From assembly GCA_046153645.1 (NCBI GenBank), contig JBJXGI010000064.1, positions 1 to 45,179 of the forward strand: 45,179 bases of DNA, given 5' to 3'. Below, piece after piece: positions 10,702 through 21,028 of the stretch. This DNA is from Elusimicrobiota bacterium. Its GTDB lineage: Bacteria > Elusimicrobiota > Elusimicrobia > F11. How positions within the stretch are numbered: position 1 is the stretch's first letter; each line of letters starts with the position of its first letter. Below the pieces are notes generated by a model that made no database searches, was not told where the DNA came from, and worked only from the letters and a program-made list of their open reading frames with translations. A program made the translations under genes and the position numbers.

Positions 10702-11525
10702 TTTTCTAGGTAATCGTTTTTAGTTTTCCAAATAAAATTATTTTTTAATTTCAGCGCCCGAACTGGCAACATTTCTATGAGAGAACTGGTTAAAAAAATT
10801 CTGTCTGCTTTACAAAGCTCGGGTAACTTTATTTTTTTCTCTTGTACTTTCATTTTTAGACTTTGGGCTTTTTTTAAAATGAATTGGCGAGTTATACCAG
10901 GCAAAATGTCTCCGTCTAAAGGGGGCGTAAACAAAATTCCGTTTTTAATCCAGAAGATATTTGAAACTGTTCCCTCCGCCACAAACCCTTTGTCTGTTAA
11001 GTGAATAGCTTCGAAAGAATGTTCTTTCTCAGCGTGAATTCGCGCTAAAATACCGTTTAAACAATTGGTTGATTTCACAAACGGTGGAGTTGCACGCGCC
11101 CCATTTCGACTGAAAGGTGAAACAGTAACAACAACTCCTCGCTCGTAATCTACATTCAGCGGTACAAAAGGATAAGTCGTTATTAAAATCGTAGGACGTA
11201 AGCTTCCACTCACTCCTATTCCGTAATTAGAAACCCCTCTAGAAATAAAAATGCGCGCCACCGCTTCTTTTGATTTATTTTTTTGAATCAGGTTTTTAAT
11301 GATTTTTTTGATTCGACTCTGAGACAAGGGAAGCTTCATCGATAAAATATGAAGTCCCTGAAATAATCGCTGCAAATGTTCCGTCAACAAAAAAGGAACT
11401 CCATCATAAATGCGAATGGTTTCATACAGGCCATCACCATAAAGAAAACCGCGATCAAAAATCGAAATATGCGCGTCTTTTTCTTGGAGGTATTTCCCGT
11501 TCAGATAAACAATGGTCTGTTTCAT
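10698..11525 (-). CDS. pabC: Class IV PLP aminotransferase / 4-amino-4-deoxychorismate lyase
   Basis: DRGFLYGDGLYET, EGTVSNIF, ILPGITR; coupled to pabB. Confidence 0.8.
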   Translation of the reverse strand: MKQTIVYLNGKYLQEKDAHISIFDRGFLYGDGLYETIRIYDGVPFLLTEHLQRLFQGLHILSMKLPLSQSRIKKIIKNLIQKNKSKEAVARIFISRGVSNYGIGVSGSLRPTILITTYPFVPLNVDYERGVVVTVSPFSRNGARATPPFVKSTNCLNGILARIHAEKEHSFEAIHLTDKGFVAEGTVSNIFWIKNGILFTPPLDGDILPGITRQFILKKAQSLKMKVQEKKIKLPELCKADRIFLTSSLIEMLPVRALKLKNNFIWKTKNDYLEK

Positions 11526-12880
11526 TTTATTTCACCAATCGATTCCATGAGGGCTCCTGCCTTGGCGAGACACTCTTGATATTCTTTTTGGGCGACGGAG
11601 TCAGCGACAATACCGGCTCCCGCACGAAAATGAATTTTCTTTTTTTGAACAAGCGCCGAGCGAATAAGAATATTGAAAAGCGCGTCTCCATTATAAGAGA
11701 AAAAACCCAGACTTCCGTAGAAGGGGCCACGTTTTTCTTTCTCACATTCTTGAATGATCTTAATGGAACTTAATTTTGGACATCCTGTAATGGTTCCTCC
11801 TGGGAAAACCGCTTTAATAGCCTCTAAAGCTGAAATATTTTTTTTCAATTTTCCTTCCACCTGAGAGACAATGTGCATCACATGGGAATAATATTCGATC
11901 CCCATTTTCTCAGTTACTTTGACAGACCCCGCTTGCGAAACGCGCCCCAAATCATTTCGCTCAAGATCAACCAACATAATGTGTTCAGCTTTTTCTTTTG
12001 GAGAAAGGAGCAGCTCCCCTTTATTTTTTAAATCTTCTTTTTTATTTTTTCCTCGAGGACGGGTACCTGCAATGGGCCGGGTTATCACAGATTTATTGTT
12101 TATTTTAATAAGTAGCTCTGGTGAATTACTCACAATCCACCCATAACTTCCTTTCAAAAGTGCCGCATAAGGGGACGGGTTTTTGTGGGTCAAACACCGG
12201 TATAAACTTACCGCATCGGAAATAAAAGGTGCAGAAAATCTCATACTTAAATTGGCTTGATAGATGTCTCCTGCGGCAATATGTCGTTGCGCTTTCTTAA
12301 CAATAAATGAGAATTTTTCTTCCAATGGAAAGTTAAAAAACAGAGCCTGCTTTCTCTTGTCGCCCCGGCGAAGGCCGGGGTCCAGGCTGTAAACTTTATT
12401 TAAAGAATGGGTTGCAACCTGGATCCCGGCCTTCGCCGGGATGACGACTTTCTCAGTTAATTTTCTCCATTGCTGATCAGAATACCCTACTGCCCAAAGC
12501 GTCGTGGTTTTTCGTTTAAGATCAAACTTTATTCCCGCTTTATAACGGGCAAACGAATACACAGGAAAGCGATAAGGATCTTTTAACTTTGTGTTTGAGA
12601 TGAGCTTCGGTTCAAATATTTTCCCTGCTTCAAAAGAAAAGACCCCCACCCATTCAGGATAAGGAAATTTATTGTTAGATGGAATTAAAAAAGAGGGGTT
12701 TTTAAAAGTTGTGGTTTCTTTTATTTCAATGGGCTCAGCAACAGAACAGTAAACGTACCGGTGTCCTTGCGAATATTGTTCGCCTCCTAAAAAAAAACCA
12801 TTTTGAGGATTGGGATGAATCTGCTGCCAAAAATGGAGAAGATCACGGGGAATTAACGGAACAATGGTTTGTCGAAACAT
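11522..12880 (-). CDS. pabB: Aminodeoxychorismate synthase component I (anthranilate synthase I family)
   Basis: GDIYQANLS, SPELL, RPIAGTRPRG, EHIMLVDLERNDLGRV, FPGGTITGCPK. Confidence 0.85.
   Translation of the reverse strand: MFRQTIVPLIPRDLLHFWQQIHPNPQNGFFLGGEQYSQGHRYVYCSVAEPIEIKETTTFKNPSFLIPSNNKFPYPEWVGVFSFEAGKIFEPKLISNTKLKDPYRFPVYSFARYKAGIKFDLKRKTTTLWAVGYSDQQWRKLTEKVVIPAKAGIQVATHSLNKVYSLDPGLRRGDKRKQALFFNFPLEEKFSFIVKKAQRHIAAGDIYQANLSMRFSAPFISDAVSLYRCLTHKNPSPYAALLKGSYGWIVSNSPELLIKINNKSVITRPIAGTRPRGKNKKEDLKNKGELLLSPKEKAEHIMLVDLERNDLGRVSQAGSVKVTEKMGIEYYSHVMHIVSQVEGKLKKNISALEAIKAVFPGGTITGCPKLSSIKIIQECEKEKRGPFYGSLGFFSYNGDALFNILIRSALVQKKKIHFRAGAGIVADSVAQKEYQECLAKAGALMESIGEIK
12359..12445. repeat. 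Palindromic element (RPE/dRS3-like) inserted in-frame in pabB
   Basis: GTCGCCCCGGCGAAGGCCGGGGTCCAGG (12359-12386) is an inverted repeat of CCTGGATCCCGGCCTTCGCCGGGATGAC (12418-12445); translates as VIPAKAGIQ...LDPGLRRGD. Confidence 0.9.
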
Positions 12881-12902
12881 AAGTTAAATCAATCCGACAA
12901 AC

Positions 12903-13475
12903 TTATTTGATTTGATCCCCTAAAGATTTAGTCTTGGCTTGAATATTTTTAGAGACAGAATCAACAAGCGGAGCAAGATTTTTTTTGGCTTCTTTTTCGA
13001 AAGTCATTTTGAACTGTTTTGAATTAAAATGAGCTTTATAAAAATAATTCTGTACAACAGTATGAAGAGGCTTAACAATAAATGATTTTTTCCAGGCTTC
13101 CTTTTTTTCAATATCGGGAAAACGAGGAACCACCAGCAAAAGCGCTAAACAAACAGCAACAAGCCCGGTCAAGCCTCCCAACAAAAAGCCAAAACTAAAA
13201 TCAAAAAAACCTAAAAACAAACCATATTTACTTAAGAGATACCCGGGGATAAAAAATAAAACAACAACGCCCAGAAAAATGAGAATTTTAGCGACAATAA
13301 GTGCCCCCATAAAATTTCCCAGGTAACTTGCTAAAATAATCGCATACGCATCGGCCAAAAAGGCTCCAAAAAAACCGCCCCCCAAACAAGCAGCCATCCA
13401 AAAACTTCCTAACCAAGCGCCGCCTACCACAGATAAAATAAAAATGACAATAAACGCTATATCAAAACCAGACAT
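12903..13475 (-). CDS. cvpA: CvpA family (colicin V production) membrane protein
   Basis: N-terminal FDIAFIVIF...G, four TM segments, D..FGFLLG motif. Confidence 0.7.
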   Translation of the reverse strand: MSGFDIAFIVIFILSVVGGAWLGSFWMAACLGGGFFGAFLADAYAIILASYLGNFMGALIVAKILIFLGVVVLFFIPGYLLSKYGLFLGFFDFSFGFLLGGLTGLVAVCLALLLVVPRFPDIEKKEAWKKSFIVKPLHTVVQNYFYKAHFNSKQFKMTFEKEAKKNLAPLVDSVSKNIQAKTKSLGDQIK

Positions 13476-13494
13476 AATTTATTCTCCAATCTTT

Positions 13495-14811
13495 TTAAGG
13501 AATATCCTGTTCTAAGGGCATCATGGTAAATCCTGTTGGAACTTTCGGATAAAAATACGTGGTTTTTGGAGGCATGACTTGACGTGCCGCTGCCACTTTG
13601 GCCAAAGATTCTACACCCGCTGATCCCACTAAAAAAGCGACCCACTTGGAATCTTTTTTAATATGTGACTGAATTTCTTTTAAGTCCCTCGTATAAATAA
13701 GCTCTTTATCTTTTACAACAGAGGGTGTTTGGGACTCTCCCATCGCTAAATCGTGGAGCCAAACAACGTCCAAATCTTTCAGCGCCTGCGGACGTTTTTT
13801 TAATATCCAATCGACAGGAACATCTTTTTTAAGAGAGAGAATAAATGAACCCTTGGCATTAACCCAACCCAAAACACGCCGGCGCTTTTTTTGTCCAGGA
13901 CGAGGGCCTTCTTTCATCAAAACATCCACAACAGATTGAATATTTTTGACGGGCTTTATATCAAAGATAGAAGATAAATATTCTTGCCACACCTCCAACG
14001 AGTGTGGGGTTTTGACAAGACGGTGAGTGGGAAGCATTAATAGTCCTTGCTCTTCCATGGGGCAAACATAAGCCATCACTCGACGCCATCCCGCTTTATC
14101 TGATGCTGCATTTTTCTTTTTCAAACGACCTTCTCGATAGGCCCACGCTACTTCATAACGGTGGTGACCATCGGCGATGTAAAGTTCTTTTGACTTTAAA
14201 ACCAGAGATAATTCTTTAATTAAATCTTTATTTGAAATTTGCCACATCCGATGGGTTAATTCATTGTGTTCTTTGCCTTGAACCGTTGGTTTTAAACGAA
14301 TCGTTTTTTGAATCCATTTATTCCATTGGTTTTTATTGTCAAAAAATAATCCAAAAATAGGGCTCACATTGGTTTTTACTTCAGTTAAAAGATTGAGGCG
14401 ATCTTCTTTGGCTTTGGGCAATGTCTTTTCATGTGGACGAACATGGCCTTTGCCCGGAGTTTCTAATCGAAGAGCTGTCATAACGCCATATCGTTTCAAT
14501 AATTTCTGAGGTGCAAATGCGTCTTTGATTCGATAGGTTGTTTCAATTAAATAAAAAGAAGGTTCATTTTCTAACCCGAGAACCCCTTGACGTTCCCATG
14601 CTTGTAATAACTTTGAAGCATTTTTATATTTTTGAAAACCGTCTCCACTGGGAATCTCTAAGAGAACAACATTATTTTTAGATTTTTTTGCTAACTGTGT
14701 TCTTTCTTGTGGAGAAATAACGTCGTAAGGGGGGCAAATTTGATTGGAAATATCATTTGATTTTCCTGATGTTGTGTAGCGTAACGCTCTGAATGGGGCT
14801 ATATCAACCAT
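13495..14811 (-). CDS. DUF1015 family protein
   Basis: PFRALRY, PPYDVIS, RPHEKT, IADGHHRY, MPPKTTYFYPK. Confidence 0.92.
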   Translation of the reverse strand: MVDIAPFRALRYTTSGKSNDISNQICPPYDVISPQERTQLAKKSKNNVVLLEIPSGDGFQKYKNASKLLQAWERQGVLGLENEPSFYLIETTYRIKDAFAPQKLLKRYGVMTALRLETPGKGHVRPHEKTLPKAKEDRLNLLTEVKTNVSPIFGLFFDNKNQWNKWIQKTIRLKPTVQGKEHNELTHRMWQISNKDLIKELSLVLKSKELYIADGHHRYEVAWAYREGRLKKKNAASDKAGWRRVMAYVCPMEEQGLLMLPTHRLVKTPHSLEVWQEYLSSIFDIKPVKNIQSVVDVLMKEGPRPGQKKRRRVLGWVNAKGSFILSLKKDVPVDWILKKRPQALKDLDVVWLHDLAMGESQTPSVVKDKELIYTRDLKEIQSHIKKDSKWVAFLVGSAGVESLAKVAAARQVMPPKTTYFYPKVPTGFTMMPLEQDIP

Positions 14812-15802
14812 AAAGTTCTAGTACCTGTCCTTTTTTTTGTTTTATCGCTTTTTCATAAACAATTCGAGCCACCGCCACATCTTGCAGCGCCAAACCCGTA
14901 GAGTCGAAAATGGTTATATCAGAGGGTGATAGACGCCCTGATTTTTTACCAATGAGGATTTCTCCCAATTGGCCCGTTAAATTTTTAAGTGTAAATTGTC
15001 CTTTTTCAACTGGAACATTCATTTCTCCAGCATGAGAAGCTTGCACCCATTCGTCTACGATCACTTTTGATTTTAACACCAACGATGTTTCTAATTCTTG
15101 TTTACCAGGAGCATCAGCCCCAATGGCATTGATATGCGTTCCTGGTTTGACCCATGACTCTTTAACCACTGGTGTTCTCACCGGGGTTGTAGTAACAAGA
15201 ATATCAGCGTCACATGCTTCGCGTGGATTTTCACAAGTGACAAGCTCCGCTTGGGTGGTCCCTTTTATTTTTTCACAAAAATCTTCTGATTCTTGTGTGG
15301 TTTTTCCCCAGACAAAAACTTTTTTTATTTTAAAAAAATGTTCAATGGCTTCTAATTGGGTACGCGCTTGTTTTCCACATCCCAAAAGTCCCACTGATGT
15401 CGAGTCACTTTTGGCCAACAACTTGGCCGCCACCCCTCCCGCGGCCCCCGTACGAATTCCAGTCAATACTCCGGCTCCCATCACTGATAACGGAAGTCCT
15501 GTTTGAGGATCTACATACACCATAATTCCTGCCACTGCTGGAAGTCCTTTTTCAGGATTGGAAGGAGTTGAGTTCACAATTTTAACACCAGCAGAAGGGG
15601 TATCACCCTGAACATAGGCTGGCATGGCCCTTAAATCCCCATCCCACGGTTTAAACTCTAAATATATTTTTGCTGGAAGTTGCACTTTCCCTTCTCCATG
15701 AAGGCGAAAGGCTTTTTCCATGGCACCAATGGCTTCATCCATAGATAATAATGAAGCAACATCAGATTCCGATAACCATAAAATTTGAGAACCTATTTTC
15801 AT
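14804..15802 (-). CDS. Ornithine cyclodeaminase/mu-crystallin family, archaeal-type alanine dehydrogenase-like
   Basis: KIYLEF..DGDLRAMPAY, GVKIVNS.P.NPEKGLP, RTGAAG, GADAPGKQE, FDSTGLALQD. Confidence 0.88.
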   Translation of the reverse strand: MKIGSQILWLSESDVASLLSMDEAIGAMEKAFRLHGEGKVQLPAKIYLEFKPWDGDLRAMPAYVQGDTPSAGVKIVNSTPSNPEKGLPAVAGIMVYVDPQTGLPLSVMGAGVLTGIRTGAAGGVAAKLLAKSDSTSVGLLGCGKQARTQLEAIEHFFKIKKVFVWGKTTQESEDFCEKIKGTTQAELVTCENPREACDADILVTTTPVRTPVVKESWVKPGTHINAIGADAPGKQELETSLVLKSKVIVDEWVQASHAGEMNVPVEKGQFTLKNLTGQLGEILIGKKSGRLSPSDITIFDSTGLALQDVAVARIVYEKAIKQKKGQVLELYG

Positions 15803-17091
15803 TTGGAAATCCTTTTAAAGGCTTTTTCGAACCCTTGAAGCGCTTTATCCATGATATCCGGTGTGTGCGCTATAGATAAAAACCACGCTTCAAATTGCGA
15901 AGGTGGCAAATAAATTCCCTGTTCTAAACAAGCGTGGAAAAAAGCGGCAAACTTTTTGGTACTTGCTTGAGTGGCTGATAAATAGGAATCAACTTTTTCA
16001 TCAGTAAAAAAAGGCGTGATCATCGATCCGGCGCGGTTTACTTGAATACTCACTTTGTTTTTTTTTGCGGCTTCCATAAGCCCTTGTTCTAGTTTTTTTC
16101 CACTTTCTTCTAAAATGGGGTAAATATTTGTTTTTTTAATTTCTTTTAAAAGCGCCAATCCTGCCGACATTGCCAAGGGATTACCGGATAACGTTCCCGC
16201 TTGGTAGACGGGCCCCAAAGGCGCCAATAATTCCATCACGTCTTTTCTTCCACCAAAGGCTCCCACGGGAAGACCGCCGCCAATAATTTTTCCGAAACAA
16301 GTAAGGTCTGGTTTTATACCATAGAGTTTCTGCGCTCCACCCCATCCCACTCGGAAACCAGTCATTACTTCATCAAAAATAAGGATCGCATGATGCCGTT
16401 TGGTTAAAACATCCAAAGCCCGAATAAATTCAGGCGTGGCTTTAACAACACCCATATTCCCAGCAATAGGCTCAACGATCACCGCCGCGACATTGATTCC
16501 CTGGCGTTGAAACAAATTCTCCAGCGCCGGAACATCGTTATAAGGAAGAACCCACGTATTTTGCGCTAAAAAATCTGGAACGCCGGCACTGGAGGGAACT
16601 CCAAAAGTTAATGCCCCTGAGCCAGCCGATACAAGCAGACCATCACTATGACCATGATATCCACCTTCAAATTTAACGATGCGAACTCGTTTGGTAAAAG
16701 CTCGCGCCAGTCGCAAGGCTGACATGGTCGCCTCGGTTCCCGAACTTGTAAACCGAAGTAGATCAATAGAAGGAACGGCTTCTTTAACAAGCTCAGCCAA
16801 TTCAATTTCCACTTCACAAGGCGCACCATAAGATGAACCTTTCCCCAATTGCGATTTCAGCGCTTTTACAATCACAGGATGATTATGCCCCAAAATCATC
16901 GGGCCCCAAGATCCAACAAAATCCACATATGAATTTCCATCGACATCTGTAATGGAGGCACCAGAGGCTTCTTTAATAAATAAAGGAGTTCCTCCCACCG
17001 CTCGAAAAGCACGAACAGGAGAATTAACTCCTCCAACAAGAGAGGTTTGGGCTTTTTTAAAAAGCTGAGAAGATTTTACGTGTTTTTCCAT
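15799..17091 (-). CDS. hemL: Glutamate-1-semialdehyde 2,1-aminomutase
   Basis: GGVNSPVRAF, SGTEATM, FDEVMTGFR, GKIIGGGLP, PSQFEA. Confidence 0.97.
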   Translation of the reverse strand: MEKHVKSSQLFKKAQTSLVGGVNSPVRAFRAVGGTPLFIKEASGASITDVDGNSYVDFVGSWGPMILGHNHPVIVKALKSQLGKGSSYGAPCEVEIELAELVKEAVPSIDLLRFTSSGTEATMSALRLARAFTKRVRIVKFEGGYHGHSDGLLVSAGSGALTFGVPSSAGVPDFLAQNTWVLPYNDVPALENLFQRQGINVAAVIVEPIAGNMGVVKATPEFIRALDVLTKRHHAILIFDEVMTGFRVGWGGAQKLYGIKPDLTCFGKIIGGGLPVGAFGGRKDVMELLAPLGPVYQAGTLSGNPLAMSAGLALLKEIKKTNIYPILEESGKKLEQGLMEAAKKNKVSIQVNRAGSMITPFFTDEKVDSYLSATQASTKKFAAFFHACLEQGIYLPPSQFEAWFLSIAHTPDIMDKALQGFEKAFKRISK

Positions 17092-17633
17092 TTTATGCTG
17101 CAACCAATGGCAAAGGTTTCATAAGGTGACGGCTCTTTCCCATGTAATAAAGAAACAATGGCTTGTTTCAAATATTGATCTTTAACTTGAGAAGGATTTT
17201 GCCAGTTATCATCTACCTTGCCGGTATAAGCCAAATATCTTTTTTCATCAAATAAATAAATGTGCGGTGTGTGTGAAGCTTTATAAGCTTTTGCAACTTC
17301 TTGTGATTCATCTCGAAGATAATCAAAATTAAAGTTCTTTTCTTTGGCTCTTTTGACCATATTTTCAAAACTATCATCAGGATAATGCTGATCATCATTG
17401 GAGTTGATGGCAATGAATTGAACCTCTTTATCTTTAAATTCTTTTTGAAGATCTATTATTCGATCTTCGTAGGCCTGAACATAAGGACAATGATTACAGC
17501 TAAAAATTATCACTAAAACTTTTTTTGAAACATAATCGCTCAAAGCATGCTTTTTCCCATCGACGCCTTTTAAATCCTTAAATTCTGGAGCCAATTGACC
17601 ATGCTGCATTCCAATTTTATCAGCGACACCCAT
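17076..17633 (-). CDS. Thioredoxin/AhpC-TSA family redoxin
   Basis: CNHCPYV motif, Y.GKVDD, C-terminal GCSIKW; RBS before ATG 17633. Confidence 0.9.
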   Translation of the reverse strand: MGVADKIGMQHGQLAPEFKDLKGVDGKKHALSDYVSKKVLVIIFSCNHCPYVQAYEDRIIDLQKEFKDKEVQFIAINSNDDQHYPDDSFENMVKRAKEKNFNFDYLRDESQEVAKAYKASHTPHIYLFDEKRYLAYTGKVDDNWQNPSQVKDQYLKQAIVSLLHGKEPSPYETFAIGCSIKWKNT

Positions 17634-17674
17634 GTTCGTTATTCTCCTCTCTATAGAAAACCACGGTACCTTTT

Positions 17675-18187
17675 TTACTCTGCTGCTCTTACCAGGCCCG
17701 AAATAACCGTGTAAGGAACAAAGGGTGCCCACTGCCCATCTGTTGTATACCAATCACGAGAATCACCAGAAACATCTCGATTATCTCCCATGAGAAACAC
17801 ATGATCTTTCGGAACAATTACCTCAGGAGTATTATCACCCTTAAAAATAGTTTCAGGGTTTAAATATTGAACGTAATTTTCTTTCAAAGCAACCCCGTTT
17901 CGAACGACTGTTTTGTTTTTCAGTTGTATTTTATCATTGGGAATACCGATCACTCGTTTCACCAATCCCTTTCCGGGATCATAGGGCGTAGTAAAAACGA
18001 TAATATCTCCATGCCGAGGTTCACGAAATTTAAAAGTAAACTTATTAACAAAAATATGAGTTCCTTCTGGCATCGTGGGAGCCATTGAATCGGTGGCTAA
18101 ATATATTCCTTCATAAGCGTAAGAACGAAAAAACAAGGCCCCTCCCACTCCCAGGGCCAACAAAAAAAGGATCCGACTCATTTTCAT
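17675..18187 (-). CDS. lepB: Signal peptidase I
   Basis: SMAPT (catalytic Ser), VKRVIG (catalytic Lys), GDNRDVSGDSR. Confidence 0.93.
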   Translation of the reverse strand: MKMSRILFLLALGVGGALFFRSYAYEGIYLATDSMAPTMPEGTHIFVNKFTFKFREPRHGDIIVFTTPYDPGKGLVKRVIGIPNDKIQLKNKTVVRNGVALKENYVQYLNPETIFKGDNTPEVIVPKDHVFLMGDNRDVSGDSRDWYTTDGQWAPFVPYTVISGLVRAAE

Positions 18188-18193
18188 TAATGT

Positions 18194-20194
18194 TTATTTA
18201 TTCCACAACTCTTTTAACCGGAAATAGGCGGGCCGCAAGACTCTGGCAAATGGCGCACTGCTTCCATCTCCTTGACCAATGATCCCTAACCATTCTTCAT
18301 AACTCCATCCATCAAGAAAAGGCAACCCAAACTGTGGAACAGATTCTTGAACATTGGGTTGTAAATTTTTATATTGCGCTGATTTTGTGGCATACCATGC
18401 CGCTCGTTCTTTCTGAACATATTCTGGTAAATCAGAATTGGCTTTCCACCACTCGTCCATAAATTCAAAAAGAGAACCACCCAACGCATTTCCCACGCCT
18501 CGTCCAGCCATATTTGCTTCCAAATCTTCCCAGTTATTAGCCAGATACATAGCTTGATAAGCCTCGGCTTCTTGTTGAGAAAACCCTTCCGCAATAGCTG
18601 ACACACCATATTCGGTGATAAAAACAGGTTTATCTAAGGCTTGTTTAACATCGTTAAAAACATTCCAACCAAAACCTTGTTCACCTCGGTAAATATTGGC
18701 ACCAAATATATCTACATCGGGACAATATTCTTTAAAGTAATTTAAATAAAATAAATCGCCGTTTGAAATAGCAACAGGTCGGGTGGGGTCTAACTCTTTA
18801 ATTAATTGGGCCACTTTATTTACAAACGTATAAAACGCCTTGGGATCTGTCCCTGAATTATTGGCCACCCCATACACATTCTCATTTCCAAGAACCCACA
18901 TGAGAACATATTCTTCATCTTTATTTTCTAATACCATTTGGCGAATACTGGCTAACATCGCCGCTTGATGTTGAGGATTATTATAATCAGTTCCTTCAGT
19001 CCAAGAAGCGCCACTGCCGATCGCGTAAACCCCTAAGTAATCGCCAACAAGACTGTAAATTCCGTAGTCTTTTTGAAGACGACGTAATAATGTTTTATTG
19101 TAAACATGGTGATAAACTCGAAGAGAGTTCACACCTAAGTCTTTGAGTAAACTAAAATCTCCAACTGTGGGTTCGTCTTTATCTTGTTTGGTGTTCCCAT
19201 TTTTATCAATAAAAGATTCTTCGAACCCATCATGTTTTCCGTTATTATTTGTATCGACTTCTTGCCATCCTTGATGAACCACCCAGTTTCCGCGATCAGG
19301 GCTTTTCCCCAACGGTGTGGCCGAATAGGCCAAGGCTTTAATCAAAAATGGTTTATTATCCACCAGGAATTGCCATTGGCGATTCTCATATTGGACCAAC
19401 TTCGATTTACCGGTCCCTATTGTTTTTATGATTTTCAATTTCGCTAAGTTAAGGGCTTTTTCAGGAGTTGTTTTTTTAATATTAATCAGTTTCCCCGGAT
19501 TCACATAAAACTCATCGTTTTTAGTGTCTTTATCGAACTTCCCATCCATCTTTATATCAGCACCTTGAAGTTCTAATTTAATCTCAGGATGATGCCTTAA
19601 CAGTTGAATAATTCGATCAATAGAAGAGGGCCCAATATACCACGGGGTTTTATAATATGTCCATGATGTGGTTTTTGGAAAATGAACCACAACAGCATAA
19701 TAAGCTTTAATGGCTTCTTCTATTAGCCCCGCCCGTTCCAACTGAACTGCGATATAGAATTGTTTTACGCCAGGATCTTCTTGTGTAGAGGCCCATTTAT
19801 AAAAATTACGAGCCGCATAAGGAGGGTCAACAAAATTCCAATGGTTTCCTTCTAAAACGCCGCTCTGTTTTAATTCTTTAAATTTTGGATCTTTAAAATT
19901 ACTGGAATTGGGAAAAATTCCCTGGCCGGCCGCTTCTGCCAGGCCATTTTTATCGCTGATCACATAGCGGTAACTTTTTGTACCCACTCCCTCAAACTTT
20001 CCAAATTTTTCATAAGGAATAGCCCCTTTCTTACCAGGAAAAGCTAACACCAGAATATCTTTGCTAGGAACAGCTTCAAAGCGTGAACGCGCTTTTAAAG
20101 GGTCTGTTTTTCGAGAAGCCGCTTGTGAAAAATGAAAAACCGAACAAACAAAGATAAGCCCATACACCGCTGATTTTTTATACGTGGTTGTCAT
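18194..20194 (-). CDS. Secreted GH2-like (clan GH-A) TIM-barrel glycoside hydrolase with N-terminal helical/TPR-like region
   Basis: Signal peptide; LGVNSLRVY, WVLGNE (acid/base), ITEYG (nucleophile), FEFMDEWWK. Confidence 0.8.
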   Translation of the reverse strand: MTTTYKKSAVYGLIFVCSVFHFSQAASRKTDPLKARSRFEAVPSKDILVLAFPGKKGAIPYEKFGKFEGVGTKSYRYVISDKNGLAEAAGQGIFPNSSNFKDPKFKELKQSGVLEGNHWNFVDPPYAARNFYKWASTQEDPGVKQFYIAVQLERAGLIEEAIKAYYAVVVHFPKTTSWTYYKTPWYIGPSSIDRIIQLLRHHPEIKLELQGADIKMDGKFDKDTKNDEFYVNPGKLINIKKTTPEKALNLAKLKIIKTIGTGKSKLVQYENRQWQFLVDNKPFLIKALAYSATPLGKSPDRGNWVVHQGWQEVDTNNNGKHDGFEESFIDKNGNTKQDKDEPTVGDFSLLKDLGVNSLRVYHHVYNKTLLRRLQKDYGIYSLVGDYLGVYAIGSGASWTEGTDYNNPQHQAAMLASIRQMVLENKDEEYVLMWVLGNENVYGVANNSGTDPKAFYTFVNKVAQLIKELDPTRPVAISNGDLFYLNYFKEYCPDVDIFGANIYRGEQGFGWNVFNDVKQALDKPVFITEYGVSAIAEGFSQQEAEAYQAMYLANNWEDLEANMAGRGVGNALGGSLFEFMDEWWKANSDLPEYVQKERAAWYATKSAQYKNLQPNVQESVPQFGLPFLDGWSYEEWLGIIGQGDGSSAPFARVLRPAYFRLKELWNK

Positions 20195-20239
20195 ATGATC
20201 TCCCGAGGTGAGGTATAAATCCGTTCTATCAAAATCAAT

Positions 20240-21019
20240 TCAATTTGTCTGTCCCGAAACAGGCAAAACCCAAACCTCCGGTTTTTCTTTTGGTGTTGAA
20301 ATCCGAAGTCGGACAGACTTTTCATTTAGAAATTTTACTTGTGGTGGATCAAAAAGCATCGTGAATTTCTCCAGAGGATCCAATCGATAAAATCGCACGT
20401 CACCATAATGCATTGGGATAATAATTGAAGATTGAACTGCTGTTGCCAATCGAAAAGCACTCACGGCATCAGTCGTTGTGATCCCACCAACAGGCACAAA
20501 TACCACATCAACCTTTCCAATATCCCGCAATTGTTCAATTGACAACAAATGCCCCATATCTCCCAAATGAAGAAATTTCAAACCGCCTAATTGAAAAACA
20601 TACATTCGGTTTGGGCCATGTTTTTGTCCAAGTACATCGTCATGAAAGGATGGCAAACCCAACACACCCAACCCACCTGCAACGCTATAGGTTCCCGTGC
20701 TTTCAATAACATCCAAGTCCCGAAGCCGCGCCTTTACTGCCGGTTTAAAATTATGATCAAAATGATCGTGTGAAATAAGTAAGAGATCAGCGAATAATTT
20801 AAGCCGTCCATAACCCACTGTTTCATCAAAAGGATCAATCACTATGGTTCGCCCTGTACTGTCTCGCAAAGTAAAGCACGAATGACCGTGCCATGACATT
20901 TCTACACCCCATTTTGGATTACCCATTTCAATTGAAATAGGTTTTACACCACAACCAATAAAACAACTCAATAACAGAGCCAGCAAAACTTTACGGATAG
21001 GGGGCATTTTGAATTTCAT
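20240..21019 (-). CDS. MBL-fold metallo-hydrolase, probable lipoprotein
   Basis: WHGHSCF, SHDHFDH, HLGD, IPMHY; possible lipobox FIGC. Confidence 0.88.
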   Translation of the reverse strand: MKFKMPPIRKVLLALLLSCFIGCGVKPISIEMGNPKWGVEMSWHGHSCFTLRDSTGRTIVIDPFDETVGYGRLKLFADLLLISHDHFDHNFKPAVKARLRDLDVIESTGTYSVAGGLGVLGLPSFHDDVLGQKHGPNRMYVFQLGGLKFLHLGDMGHLLSIEQLRDIGKVDVVFVPVGGITTTDAVSAFRLATAVQSSIIIPMHYGDVRFYRLDPLEKFTMLFDPPQVKFLNEKSVRLRISTPKEKPEVWVLPVSGQTN

Positions 21020-21028
21020 ATTTTCTTA

